From the NCBI GenBank assembly GCA_012026655.1, contig JAAILG010001222.1, positions 1 through 64,000 on the forward strand: 64,000 nucleotides of DNA, written 5' to 3'. Below the pieces are notes generated by a model. That model saw only the letters and a program-made list of their open reading frames with translations, was not told the DNA's origin and did no database searches. The position numbers and the translations under genes are program-made. Source of the DNA: Hydrolagus affinis. Its lineage: Eukaryota. Positions 23,365 through 36,255 of the stretch are shown piece by piece (positions within the stretch are counted from its first letter, which is position 1; every line of letters begins with the position of its first letter).

Positions 23365-24239
23365 AACCCATGCCTAGGTAGAAGGTCAACATTTTGAGAC
23401 CCCTTGATTTCAGAATATAAGATTGTTTAAAATTGAGGATAAACCTTTAACTCTGTGCTAAGTTGGAAGCTGCTATTTTGCAATTCATGAAAAGATCCGG
23501 TATGCAAATTAGCACAGAAATTAAGCTTCTTCCACAATTCTGTAATTAATTTGGCATGCCTTAAAAGAGGATACTTTGGGCCTTATTTGTTTTCTAGTGC
23601 ATTATTGCACTATTTACATAAAATTACAGTGCAGCAAAATGGCCCCAGTCGTGAAATTCCACAAATTCCACCATCTCTATGGTTGACGAACACAACAGTT
23701 TGGACTCCTGTAAGATTCAGCACTCCTTAATGCCACACAAGTTGCCTTTCCAAGGAAAGGCGTGTTTAGACTATAGCACAATTTGTGTGAGAGTTAGGAT
23801 TGTATCAAGTTATTTTATTTTTATTTATTTTATAAAATGACTTGATACAATTTTATTTTATTCAATTGTTTTGCTTTTAGTTGAAATTTTAGCTGATTTG
23901 CTAATAGTTCTAGAGGAGAATAGCTGAACGTGTGTTTTGCAAATTGTATCATATAACATACTTCACTGCATTATTGGTGAGGGAGTGAGAGATTTAATTA
24001 AAACACTGATAAACCCCAAGCAATTATTATTTTATCAACTGATTCCATACTGTACAGAATTCCATTTTGACAGCTCGGAGCTGAAGGTAGCAATTTTAGC
24101 TAAATAACAACTGGATTTGTTTTGTTAAGAAACCACGGCTCTGATACTTAAAGAGTATTTTCAAGAAACGGCTCTTTGTCACCGCTTTTAATTTTAACTG
24201 GATCAATAGATATTCAAACTCTTACAAAAACACTGGGTG

Positions 24240-25330
24240 ATTAAGTTGTTCAACACCAGCTGCTTAAGCCTGTCAGGCCCATCTATCTATCAGCCTAATT
24301 TAGTGGTGTCTGCTTATCTCAGGTGCACCATGTGTTGAAAGAGTATAACGGCAGTCTGTGACAGTTAATAAACTCTAACATTAAAATCTCCATGCTTGTC
24401 ATTTCCAGCACATCCTTTGTGATAATGCTTTATGACACAACCCTGGAGATGGGCAGAAGATGCCAAGGTCCTTTTGCCCTGATCCGTTTTTTTTGATGTG
24501 CGGAAAAAAAAGATAAATGGAGAGAAATAATGACACTCAAACCATAATCCATTTCTCTCTTTACATCATCTCGCAGAGAATAAGCCAGACACTTTTTATG
24601 TATAATTAAATCGAGCCGGCTTTCTGTAGGTATGCAGATTCTGAGAAATGATGTATGGTGCAATAGTCTGGTAGGGGCTGATTTGATGTAAATGAAACTA
24701 ATTAAGGAAATGTCAAACATAATTAATAAAACAGGTTTAAGTTGCAAAACATTGTCAGCTGAATGAATGAGGATGCAATCCTTCCCATTCTTTCTGTTTT
24801 ATTTAGAGCATTCAATTAGGTCACATATCTTCTCTGAAGTGCTTTTCCACCTCACCTCCCCTTAGCCTATTCCCAGAGTGGGGGAAAATAAATTTGCCTG
24901 TCTGTCTGGTGACTGAAAAAAATTAATTGCCAAACCCTCATCCTGTCCAAGTATTACATTCTAGTTGCAGGACATTAACATAACCAATTTGCGTGAACTA
25001 ACCGCTGACTACTTAATAGAGCGCCTGACCGCTGATAAGGCTCAGCTGCACCACATTAGCATTTTCATAATATAAAAATATTATAGTTGTATGATTTGGC
25101 AATGGCCATTCATTATTGATAAGAACAAAGGTTTTATAAATTACAAAGGAGTGCATGACCTATAATTACGGTGAGCAAATTAGGGTGTGCTGTGAAGTCA
25201 GTTACATTTCCCTAGAAATAATGATGCTAGAGACCTTTCCCTCCCTCGGGATTAGAAAAATAATGGATTCCCCTACTGCTGCAGATGGGGTTGTGAATGA
25301 GCCAAGGCTGTCATCTTGGACAGTGTTTGT
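24240..25330. promoter_or_regulatory. Candidate long conserved non-coding element / developmental enhancer
   Basis: About 1.1 kb with no recognisable repeat. Repeated TAATTA, TGTCA (Meis), TGATAAG (GATA) x2, ACAAAGG (Sox) x2 and TTTTATAAA (posterior Hox-like), with retained CpGs. Confidence 0.5.
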
Positions 25331-26779
25331 ACAGGCTTCAGCTCATGGTTCCAAACCCTAGTGAGCTCCAATCCTTCACCCTGTTCACTGTTGAGGAGGG
25401 AAGAAGTGTGTATGTGAGTGTGTGCATGGAGGAGAGAGGGTAGGGTAGGTGGGGGGGGTAGTGGGGAGAGAGAGAGATGCACACTGAACACATATGCCAT
25501 TCTATTCAATTTAAACCAGAATATCTGAAAGTAATATATTATCATGATGAGAAAAAGTAGTAGCGGCCAAATTAACATGAGTACCGTAAAATGAAGTATT
25601 TTAGTATTAAAAAATTCACAGTGCATGAACAGTGGCTGCAAAATGGTACAGACTGCTGCAATTTGCAATGTAAGCAGCTCATTTTACTGCATTGCCTGAA
25701 ACCTCCATCATTTTTCCAATAGGAAATCCTGTAAGAGCATGAAGTATTTAGCATTATACTAATATGTGAAAATGTATTAAAAAGGAAAGCAAGCAGCGGT
25801 GATGCCAAATGTTTAAGTAAAGCACCTACCTCATTAAGTCATTGTTGTCGGACTCCCAAGTATATATCAGAGGCTCAGGATTTAAGTGAATTGAGGGCAC
25901 TTTTGTCTATTTGCAAGAAGCCTTGAAGATGCTTGTCACCTGCCCAAATCCACAACTTAACAAGCGATAAAGTAATGAGGGGTGCTCTAATAGACAAGTC
26001 ATAAGACGCAGCTGCTCAGTAATGAGACCTTCAACAAAGTCATCCTGGTCTTACATTAACTGACCTGAAGTGACAAAAACATACTGTATTACTTATACCC
26101 CGAGCTTCGCTCTTAACAATTTCTCCCCCAGTCAGATTCCTTCAAATTGACCATGTTGTATTATTGAATATAAGTAGCATTACAAGTAACCTTAGCTTTG
26201 TTGTTAAGTCGCACAGGTCTAGTGTGCCCTCCTTCTCTGACAGGGCTTTTGCTGCTGTCAACAGCAGAAAGCATCAGGAGCGAAGATTAAGATTTCTCTT
26301 CTGATAGTCAGTGATCTCATAGGGTGCTGACATCATGTGGAGCAGACATTGAAGAATATTTGCAATTAAAAGATGCAGAATCCCTTTAATCCTGACCCAA
26401 AAATTGAATATTAAACCTACTGTGAACAGACGTTTTCATAATGTGCCATATCTTTATGGATTTTCCCTCCCCCACTTCCACTTCTTTTCTTAAACGTACT
26501 GTTGTAGTTAGAAATTTTGAAATCTATTGCTAACAACAAATGAATATGGTAATATGGCAGAGGGCTGTGAAAAGTATTGACTCCAATTGTTTATTAGAGG
26601 CATATCACATCCATTTACCGCAGTCTATTTCAAGCTGTTAACTTCTCTTTTTTGTGGAAAGGTTACTTAAAAGAAAGTTTTGTGAATTAGGTAAATACAT
26701 AATAGTGTGCTTACAGATTATTGGAATGACTAATTCCAGAGCGAAGGTTGTAGGTGATGTAACAAAACGAGTTAACCTG

Positions 26780-27320
26780 CCTTGTTGCAGCCACATACAT
26801 GCAAGTGAAAATCTAATATTTACTGCACTAGCTCAAGATATGACTGAGAAAACTTCTCTTCTTGTTGTCTCCCGAGAACTCTGTGATGTGTTGATTTTGT
26901 GCAGTGGACGTGGGATGCCTTGTCTGAATGCCATCACGGTGCGGTTTCCAATTGTCATTAAAGTTCTCCTCACTGCATTTCTATTCCCTCTCCTCTGTGG
27001 AGCGGTTCCATTACTAATGACATTTTTTTTAAACATTCAAAATCATAATTATAACCTGCATAAAATAATAAATGTCACAGGCTTTTAATAAATTCAGTCT
27101 TGGGGATCCGCAGAGCTCCTAATACTGCGGTGACGTCATCCCCAAGAAATCTCGCAATTAAATAAAATTGCGTTGAAACCTCCATAACATTCGTTATTCT
27201 ATAAGTGATCAAATCAATTGGCGCTTTCAACTATCACCAAGAATGATCAAGGTGACGTGGTTAATGTACGCAAATTATATTCTATACAGCTACTTGTTAT
27301 GTTTAATGCAGCAACGCAGT
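26780..27320. promoter_or_regulatory. Candidate conserved non-coding element containing CRE site and hairpins
   Basis: Repeat-free and CpG-retaining; TGACGTCA at 27131-27138, TGTCA, TAATTA, TTTTAATAAA, TGATCAAATCAA. Confidence 0.5.
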
Positions 27321-29149
27321 GTTATTTTCATGTCTCTTTATGTGGTATAAAATTAGTCTAAAGAGTTGCCTGATCTCTATTTCCATTTTTCATTCCTATT
27401 ACTGGTTAAAGAGAGCGATCTTGCACTATGAATAAGAAGCAGTTGAGTTAATTTATTGAGATCTAAGTCCTAGCCATAGGTGACAGAACCTGTTGGTCAT
27501 TTATCTAATTGTGCTGTGCAGATAAGAATTAATTAGTCTTATTATTTTTCTCATTTTGGACGGCTTTCCCATCTGGATGGTATAAATTCCTCAGTGCAGG
27601 TGATTAATTACTTGGAATGTAGCTGCCTGTTCTGGATGTTTGTACAGAAAGCCAGAGAATTGACAAAGATACTGATTGAGGAGGGAACTATCAGTGTTCA
27701 GAAAAATTAAGGTTGCATAGAATATTCTGAAAATTACCAGCATCGCTTGATGGTCCACAGTATTTTATAAATTAAAGCGTATTACTCCTGGACAGTTGTA
27801 ACCAGTATCTTAAGGCATGAGCGTGCCCCAATTCCATTTAACTAAATGTCAGAGGTTAATTCTGAATGGTGTAGCTGGCTGCAGTATTATGTCTTGTTGC
27901 ATAAATAAATTATAACCATGTAGTTTTAGTTCACTGAGATAATAAAGTTGATATCTTGTTTCTTTTTACTTCCAGTACAGAGGGTTAACTACCCTTGTTT
28001 GTTATTGATGGACGAAACGGCCACTTGTGCAAATTGCAATCCCCCTCCCCCTTAATTGATGGCTTATAGGGGCAGTGATGAATAAAGATGCTATTTCTTT
28101 CACTTTTGTTTTCATTGCTACTGTAAGTACATCTGAGAGAGGTCAAGTGAGCAGGTTAGGTCTGCGATAGCAACTCATGGGTTCAGTGTAATTATCCTGC
28201 CTTTTTAAAAAAAAACACTAATTCAATTTTGATCAAGTAAGGGAAAAAAAATCACATCCCTATCCTTGCTTTTGAAATCCACCCTCCCTGAATAAGGAGA
28301 GGGGTTTTTTTTGCCCTAGAAAGGTGTCCTCTGGGTGCTTGACTGAGATTACCAGAACTCACTCCACTTAAAAGTCCTTTACAGCCATTAGCAAGCACTG
28401 ACCTCTGTTTCCCATCTCTGGGTTGCTTTTAGTCTCAAATCTCCAAAGGTAAAAGACTATCTTACCCATTTCTGACAGTTACTTACAAAAAGAACACAGA
28501 ATGGACTTGGCTATTAAAATTCATTATGCAATGCACTTCCCCGTGGACTTAAGTGGCTGTTCTTAGATGGTTCTGTCTATAGATTTTGTACATTGTCTTC
28601 TATCCTTGAACGTTTTCCTGTGAAATTGCCACCTGCTGTGTTTTTGATACAGATATTGATACTCTCGTTTCATATCTGTCAAGGTTCAGCATCAAAAAGT
28701 GCCCTTTTTACTTTAGTTTTCATTTCAAAATTGCCCTTTTGAGCATTGAATATTTTATATTAAATATGGACAATAATTTAAATTAACTGAAATTATTTAA
28801 CTGCAGACTTGGCTATATTGTGTTTTACAGTTGTGGATGTTTGGATGCAATCAGCCACATAACAGAGTTATGAATTCGTAACAGATGCCAGTAAAACAAT
28901 TTCATAGTTTGTACATAGAATTTGATGAATGATCAGGATAAACATTATAGTGATTGCACTATTCACACTGTGCTGGCTCAGGTCAATATCAGAGCACTGT
29001 AAAAACTTCAATGATATGAGATAGAAAGAAACCTATTCTGATGTACTGAATAACTGGTGAGGCCGGCTGATAATTTTGTAAGTACCCAGTCCCAATAATA
29101 TTGAGAAGGTGTCATAAACCATTGGAAAATATACATAACATTTTTCCTG

Positions 29150-29620
29150 TATTGACAAAGCAAAAGTAATTAATACTCATGGGCAGATGAGCATATCCCC
29201 AGGTCCAAAGCAAGTGATATATTTTCTAGCAATGGAATGAAGTAGGGGAAAGAAATCCACTGTCGTGTGAATGTTATGATATGAATGATAAAACATAATC
29301 TGATCTTGGGGTCCAGATAGATGGTATTTTAAGTTGCTTGTGCCTCAGTCTCCTAGTTTTTAAGGCATCATCTGAGCTTCTCAATTGTATGGTAATTACA
29401 TTGGGAGTCAGGTGATTGACTGAGGTATATTCAGCATTCTTTGTATATGACACTATGTAATATGCTTTAGGTTTTATGAGTTTTTAAATCTATTTTGATC
29501 TTAGTAAGAAACTTTATATGCTTTAAGAGACTAGCGATGAATATATAAGGCCAGGCTGAGAAAGCATGGGTGCTGGCAAGGATGAGTGTTGTTTAGAGAG
29601 AACAATTTGATTTCTCCCTT
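29150..29620 (+). mobile_element. Highly decayed CR1 ORF2 (RT region) remnant
   Basis: ttttgatcttagtaag..tttaagagactagcgatgaat..gggtgctggcaaggat..tttagagagaacaa resembles YLDFSKAFD..HKRL..K..G.VLAWI..WL..R.Q; many stops and indels. Confidence 0.35.
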
Positions 29621-30844
29621 CAAAGGAAAATAGCATAAATCTGCTTGTTTATTATTCAATTGAGAAATAATAAGGTCAATGTGGCAAATGCTGGTTTAAG
29701 CGAGGGCCTTTGATGGGTTAAAGATGATTTTAATGATTAGCAAATATCAAGCTGTGCATCCTGTAGAACCTTAACTGATTAGTTGCATGTTGTGTTAAAA
29801 CCATTTCCAGATCTCATTCGATACTGCTCAACTTATCATATTTCAGAACATTGGCGAAGACTTATTCTCTGTGATGCACAGTTATCCAGTGACACAACAG
29901 ATATGAGCGACATTCCATTCCATAAATAATCTTTTCATCTCTCTCCCTTTTTATTACTCCGTTCAATCCATTAACTGTTTTGTTCCCTGCAGTTTCAGTA
30001 GCATTTATACCTCCTTTCACTCTCTCAGTGAATATTTCTTTTTATCATGTTTTTGATCCATGATGGCAAAGTCAACAGAATGGTCTGCGATTGAGCAAAT
30101 CATTGGTTAACCTTGCGATCTAATGCTAGCAAATTGGACAGATCTTGTATTTTTCCAGACGATGTTATTTTTTAACCCAGCGTTTCCTCCTTAATTGATA
30201 CTGAAGTGCTTTCATGTCTTATTTTGTCATTGCCTACCGGTGATTTATAGTATTGAAATGAGCTGTAGGATAACAATGATCAACTTTAAAAAAAAATTAG
30301 ACCAACGTTTTTCTAGGAGACAACTTTCTGTTCATCTTTGTGGGCTTTTAGGGTGGTTCAAGAATCCTTACTGAAATCCATCATGCCCTTCACTGGGATG
30401 TCACATTACAAGGCTTTGAACTGGTTGGCAAGAGTGACATTTACAATTTTAAAATGAAAGCACATCATTTTCACTAATTTGACACACAAATGTAATAACT
30501 ATTTACCTTGAGGAAGATAGAGAGTTCGTTTCTTGTGAATCTTGCGGTTTGGCACTTATTTTCTCAGTCTGTCAAATAGGATGGGATTAATGGGACAGTT
30601 TGTTCAACAAATCACATTAGCTGAAAGCAGACAGGGCAAAGAAAAAGAGATGGCAGGAATATCCTTGGAGCACTTTACTGATTTAGAGCAGCAGTATGAC
30701 TGAAGATCTGTGTAAATAAAACATACTTACATGTGACATTTACAGAACTATATTGTGAGGAGAGGACTATAATTGCATCCTGCAGCAGAGGAGTTTTTTC
30801 ATGAGAACACTTCTAGTCAATAGGGAATGTAACAAAGTTACTAA

Positions 30845-31190
30845 ACACAAGAAGGGTCCTATATCCTGGTTTGCTCTGCTGTTCATACCCCACTCTTCTG
30901 CCCCCCATCTCACTTCTCTAACAGAGCTGCTGTGCATTTCCCCTATCTTTCTGCACTACCATTGGCCTTCAGCCACTTTACTTTTGCCTCTGATCTCTAG
31001 AACTCTCTCTGCCTGAATCGCTCTGTTTTGTCCCCTCTTTATCCATCTTTAAATACCATCTGAAAAGTTACCTCTTCGATTGTGCCTATGGGTACCAGTC
31101 TTTCCACCCTCTGCTCAGTGCTCCGACTCTATCCTGTGAGAATATAAATGCAAGTTCTATATAAATGCTCTATATAAATGAAAGTTGCTC
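30845..31190 (+). mobile_element. L2 LINE 3' end, decayed
   Basis: ggccttcagccac..tctctagaactctctc..tttaaataccatctgaaaagttacctcttcgattgtgcctatgg (AFS..LWNSLP..FK..LKTxLF pattern); terminal tataaatg motif present three times. Confidence 0.7.
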
Positions 31191-31269
31191 TATGTTCATG
31201 TATAGTTTGTAATCAGGTGTGGAATAATCCTCTAGTGCTTTTCTTATGCACTTGTAACATGAACAGAAA

Positions 31270-31365
31270 ACAGTCATTCACTTCATGGCCTTTTGTGGGA
31301 CATTGATGTGAGCAACTTGGTTGCCGTGTTTATCTACAAAATGCACAGTCACCACATAGTACAAT
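31270..31365 (+). mobile_element. DeuSINE core fragment
   Basis: gtcattcacttcatggccttttgtgggacattgatgtgagcaacttggttgccgtgtttatctacaaaatgcacagtcac. Confidence 0.75.
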
Positions 31366-31394
31366 AAATAAGGGAATAGTCTGAACCATAAAAT

Positions 31395-31520
31395 TATAGG
31401 ATCATACACATTTACAGCGTAGCAAGAGGCCTTTCGGCCTATTGTGTTTCTATTGGCCCTCAGAGCAAGGTGTTCATTCATTCCCACTGAGTATTGGCTT
31501 ATCCCAATACTTCTTCAACT
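31395..31520 (-). mobile_element. CR1 3' terminal fragment
   Basis: atttacagcgtagcaagaggcctttcggcctattgtgtttctattggc. Confidence 0.55.
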
Positions 31521-31524
31521 GTCC

Positions 31525-31848
31525 TTCATATACCTGAAGAGGAGGAGTTTGGCTATACTATACTTTAAATCTCAAGTTAGACCCCCAGTGAGTGTTGGCA
31601 AGATATTTGATCCTGGAGTGTATCACATTGAGGCTGATACTGCTCTCACCCAATGTCCAGTCAGAGGACACATTGGAAAGTGATCTGGACTGGAAACCGT
31701 AGCTGACTTTTCCCCAGGCGCTAAGCGCTCAGACAGCTGCCCTGGTAGAGGTCAGCTAACTGAGCCCAGACCAGGAACTGAGCCTGTGACCTTCTGGTCT
31801 GCATGCCTTTGGTGGCTGTGCTTTATATCCACCGGGTCACTGGGGGCA
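31525..31848 (-). mobile_element. AmnSINE2-like SINE, decayed
   Basis: cagtgagtgttggcaagatatttgatc..atcaca..ctcacccaatgtcca..gaggtcagctaactgagcccagaccaggaactgagcctgtgaccttctggtctgcatg. Confidence 0.7.
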
Positions 31849-33117
31849 GCTTCAAACTATTTTGCTGCACTTTGGAGTGAAAACAAATCTTGCTTGCTAC
31901 ACCAGACAAAATGCTTGTTGTGGAGACCGAAAGCCGAGAGCTTTCCCTGGCTCTATCAGAAGCCTTTGCTAGAAATTCAAAATTATAAAGTTGCATGAAA
32001 GCACGGCCTTTATCTCCGATCACAGAACTTCCCTTGTGTGTGTGGGAGTTTCTGTGTCATTGATTGAATATTGCAGTGGGATTCGAGACTGCCGACAGGA
32101 AACCTGTATTGCCAGCCCATTAAAACACTTCTTTGAGTGCAACACACAGGCTGTACGCTGGTGGGGTTTTCATAGAGGCCGTGCATACAGCCACAGGCTC
32201 CTATCTCTTCCTGTCCATGGATCGCAGTAAAAGTTGTGACCTTGCGTCCTCAGGAAACTGTCTATACACCAACGGTGGCAGAAAATATTTGTCGGAGGAC
32301 CACAGCCCGACACGCGTTCAAACTGCGCTGAAAAAACAAAAGCGGGATGTCTGAATCAAATATAAGGAAATGAATTTGTAAGGCTCAGACACTGCTGGGA
32401 CCGGACTGCCATTCTACAGCCCATTGTTAAGGAGAGGAAAACATGAGATCTTACACTTCCTGCGACTTACTGTCAGCCGATCTGCAAGAAAAATAAACAG
32501 TGCCGCAATATGAAAGCAGCTCCGTTTTTGTTCCGTACTATATTTTTGAAAACCTGTCAGTATTTTAACAGATGAGGGTTAGATGGGTTAAGCCAATTTT
32601 GTAGCTTTTGGATCTTCTGGCATTATTTTTCTTTTACACCCTATAATAGGATAGCATTCATAATTGCTTTAGGAAAGTTATGGTAACCTCCCATATAAGG
32701 TTAACATATATTTTTTTCTCTCTCCATAATTCCCCCCACCCCCAAGCTTCCAAGTGCTGCGTTTCAAACTTATTAAAATAAAACTTCACAACATTCTTAT
32801 CGACTGCCTGCAGACTCTTTGGAAAACCTGGGAACTTGTTGCAGAGTCTTAGATAAAGGCATTAATCAGGCACCACATCATTTCTGTACAGTCTGTACAG
32901 TCATCACTTCAGATTTATATAGCACAAGCCTGCCAGGTATTGACGACCGCAGTCAACCATTTAAAGGATCATTTAGGCAAAGCCTGTTCTTTCAAATGTT
33001 CAGTTCAGCGGCTCGGTTTCATTCTCCTGCCTGTCTTTGATTTAAAAGGATTTAGAGATTAGGTAAATACAAATTCAGAGAATTTTCTGGATTTTCTGTC
33101 CCGCACTCAGAATTTAG

Positions 33118-33250
33118 CGGTTGTTTTGTGGGACATTGTTGTGTGTGAATTGGCTGCTGTCTTTGCTATAAGGACACAGTCAATGCACCTCACAGAAACA
33201 CTTTTTGAGACATTTCAACATGACAAGGTGCCACATCAAATGCAAGGAAT
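33118..33250 (+). mobile_element. DeuSINE 3' fragment
   Basis: ttgtgggacattgttgtgtgtgaattggctgctg..tttgagacattt..acaaggtgccacatcaaatgcaagga. A similar fragment lies at ~33978-34100. Confidence 0.8.
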
Positions 33251-33327
33251 GTTGCATAGTTACTGATCAACAGATTGCAAAACAACCAGTATTCAGCCTT
33301 TACTTATTTGAACGTTTTCAAATACTT

Positions 33328-33330
33328 TGT

Positions 33331-33364
<34 letters not shown>
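33328..33364. repeat. (GT)n microsatellite
   Basis: Read directly. Confidence 0.95.
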
Positions 33365-34659
33365 TCCTTCTGAAAAGGTACCACAGGCTTTGTCTCGCAC
33401 GGAGAAGAAAACGAGAAAAGTATACTTAAAATTCCAGGACTGGCGGGAAGTGGCGTTAAAGAGCTTATTTTCTTAAGAGAAGAGATGTGGTTTAATATCA
33501 GCAGGTGTACAGCAGTCCCCGTGCTTTGTGTGCTCTTTGGCAAATTAACACAGCCTCGCATTGCTTTCTTAGCAACAGTTAGCCTGAGGCCTCACCTGAG
33601 CATGTAAGGAACGATACTACAGTACTTTGTTTCACTTCTGTTCCTTTTGTGGGCCTTTTGTCTGGCTGATGGAAACAGAGTATGGGAAAATGCACTTAAG
33701 AGGGCAAAAAAAAGAACGAAAAGAAAGAAAGAAAAACAGAAGGGAGGGAAAAGGAGTCTGATACTGTTTGACCCGAGGTGTTGTGGTTCTCAAAGGGAAA
33801 AGAAGTGAAATCAGATAGGAGGCTGAGCTATGATGTAAGCCACCAGAAGAGACTATGGAATCCTCTCAAAAGGTTTGGTTTGATTTAACCCCCGGGTCAG
33901 GCATCTCACCGCATGTTTCCTTTTTCTTTATCCTTAACAGTTGATTTACAGTTGGGGGGTGGGGGGAGTGGGGACATTATTCATTCCGTGGCTGTTTGTG
34001 GGATATTGCTGTGAGCAAATTGGCTGCTGCGTTTGCTTACAAATGCACAGCCAATGCACCTTACAGAAGGGCCTTGACGTGACAAGGTGCCAGGATTGTT
34101 ACACAGTTACTATTCAATAGGTTACTTAAAAATAGGATTTCAAATGGTTATTTTCAGAAGAGCTGTCCTTTTCTTCCCACCCTTTTGATGTTCTGCATGT
34201 TAATTACTGTTAGAAATAGCAGTCACTGGGCATAGCTCAGTAACCGGCCTTTGGAATAAAACAAGAAGAAGAACAACAAATTTACATGTATAGAGCGCTT
34301 TTCGCGTTGGGAGGACAGCCCAGGGTTCTTGTTGAACGTTGTGCAGTTGGGGACAAACTTGTGTCATCGTTAAATTTAGAAAGTCTGCGGCAATACTTTA
34401 ATAAAGATTGTTGATGGCAATTGTAAAAAGTGGAGTGCTCCCTCTCAACCTCCATTAGTCAACTTTGTAATTGCTAATCCAGTCCTTGTACTTTGCCGTT
34501 ACTCTAAATTGCCTTGTCATATTGAGATGTTGTGTAAAATATAAGTTTCAAGCAGTAAAAATCCAATTTATATAAAAAAAAGCATAGAGCGATGGAATCG
34601 GATTGCAATTCAACTGCTTTATTTGCACCAAAACCTCCAATGTTGGCAGTTTCCCATTA

Positions 34660-34750
34660 GAATAATAATACTTGTATTTTATACTGTGCCTTATCATGTT
34701 GTCAAACTCTTCACAGGATTCACTGCAAAGTGTAGTGACTGTATACTTTT
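34660..34750 (-). mobile_element. DeuSINE tail fragment
   Basis: aataataatacttgtatttt..gccttatcatg..cttcacaggattcactgcaaagtgtagtgactgtata. Similar minus-strand fragments lie at ~37060-37170, 39105-39185 and 41250-41385. Confidence 0.7.
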
Positions 34751-35161
34751 AGTAAATCAGCAATGCTTCACCATCATTTTTAACAGCCTATATAATGCTC
34801 TGAAAACTGATGTGCATCTTGCTTGATGTCACTACATCATGTTGCACAGGAAAGCCAGGCTGTAGATTGGTGCAAACTCTGCCTGGTTGTCTCACAGCAG
34901 TTCAGGTTGACAAATGAATCAGGACACATACACTGGCTGTTCCAGTTTCCTGCGGAGCTCAAAGACTATTTGTTTGTTGCAGAACTGATTAACATCCCTA
35001 CAGAACTCAATGAATATTTATCTCCCCGCATCATTTCCCCACTGCTTAAAACGAAGCATGACACCACCCACCATATAAGGCCCAACTTGGTTCTCTGAGA
35101 TGATGCTTCTATCTCCCTCATTTTCAGGAAAAGCACAAATACTCTGGATTACATGTCCTAC

Positions 35162-35564
35162 AGGCCTGACTCAGTTGGTAGCACTCTCGCTACTGATTCA
35201 GAAGTTGTGAGCTCAATCTCCCACATCTAAGCTGCCACTCCAATTCAGTGCTTAGGTGAAGCAGTCTTTTGCTGTTCTTTGGATGAGATGTTAAATTGGG
35301 GTTGCAGCTGCGCTGGATGCTGAAGATCTCTTAGTACGACTCAAAAAGCGAAGATAATTTGTCCTGGTTTGTCCTCAACAGTTGATTAATTGTGAAAAAA
35401 AATCTGGTCACTCACTTCAAGGTTACTGGTGGGAGATTTCTGTGCACAAAAATTGCTGTCATGTTCGCCTACAAATATAAAGTCACTACACTTTCCAGGA
35501 AACTCAGTGGACCGTTTTGAGATAATAAAATGCGGTATCATATGCAAGGATTGTTACTGTTATT
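35162..35564 (+). mobile_element. Older long DeuSINE (SacSINE1-like), full length, diverged
   Basis: gactcagttggtagcactctcgc..tgattcagaagttgtgagctcaa..tctaagctgccactcca..ctttggatgagatgttaaa..aagatc..tctggtca..ctgtgcacaaaa..atgcaagga. Confidence 0.8.
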
Positions 35565-36066
35565 CCTTGTATCTTATGGCTCCAACATTTTCTTTCAGCC
35601 ATGTAATTCTAGGTCTCTACACTACACCTGAATCTTCTCTGTGAGAGGCAATTCTCAAGTAACTTCAGGCATTTTCTGAATAGAGAGCGATTTTCTCTGA
35701 TGATGTACTTTCTCTTGATGGGGCGGTGGAGGCTTTGATGCAGTCACTATGTTTGGTGTATTGCCACAACTGAAAAAAAACACTGCTCATTGCATCACCT
35801 CTACTGTAATTATTTAAGTGGCCTTGAGTAGACAGACACAACTTTTCTTTGAAGGATTAGTGTTTTCAAAATGAACATCCTCCAGTCTGCAACACGGCAG
35901 ACTACCTGGAAAAACAAATGCACTTAAATTACTAGTCACCAGTTGAACGGAGTACAGTTTCTCTCTCAAACTGCACATTTTATTTCTGTGCATAAGCGTA
36001 GACTTAATGGGACCATTGGAATCAGACATTGGATAGCATTGTGAAAAAGGGAAGAAACTGGTCTCT

Positions 36067-36255
36067 CAACAACAAACAACAACAAAATTACATTTTTAGA
36101 GCGTCTTTCACGTCGGGAGGACGTCCCAAGGCGCTGAACAGTCAGGTCAATTTACATTGACATAACTCCTTTCACATCAGGAGGATCTCTCAAAGCAATT
36201 TGCATGCAGGAGCTGAGCAGGGGGAAAGGGGAGAAAGGTGAGCAAAACATGGTCA
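36067..36255 (-). mobile_element. Two tandem L2 3' tails
   Basis: caacaacaaaattacatttttagagcgtctttcacgtcgggaggacgtcccaaggcgctgaacagtc followed by a second tttacattg..cctttcacatcaggaggatctctcaaagc and a purine tract. Confidence 0.75.

Noticed and set aside
23575-23650. Possible MITE with hairpin tagtgca-ttat-tgcacta
   Set aside because: The stem is only 7 bp, the putative termini are weak, and there is no second copy in the window.
26654-27088. 144-aa ORF
   Set aside because: GTG start, no recognisable domain, no convincing splice sites; it overlaps a motif-rich putative CNE.
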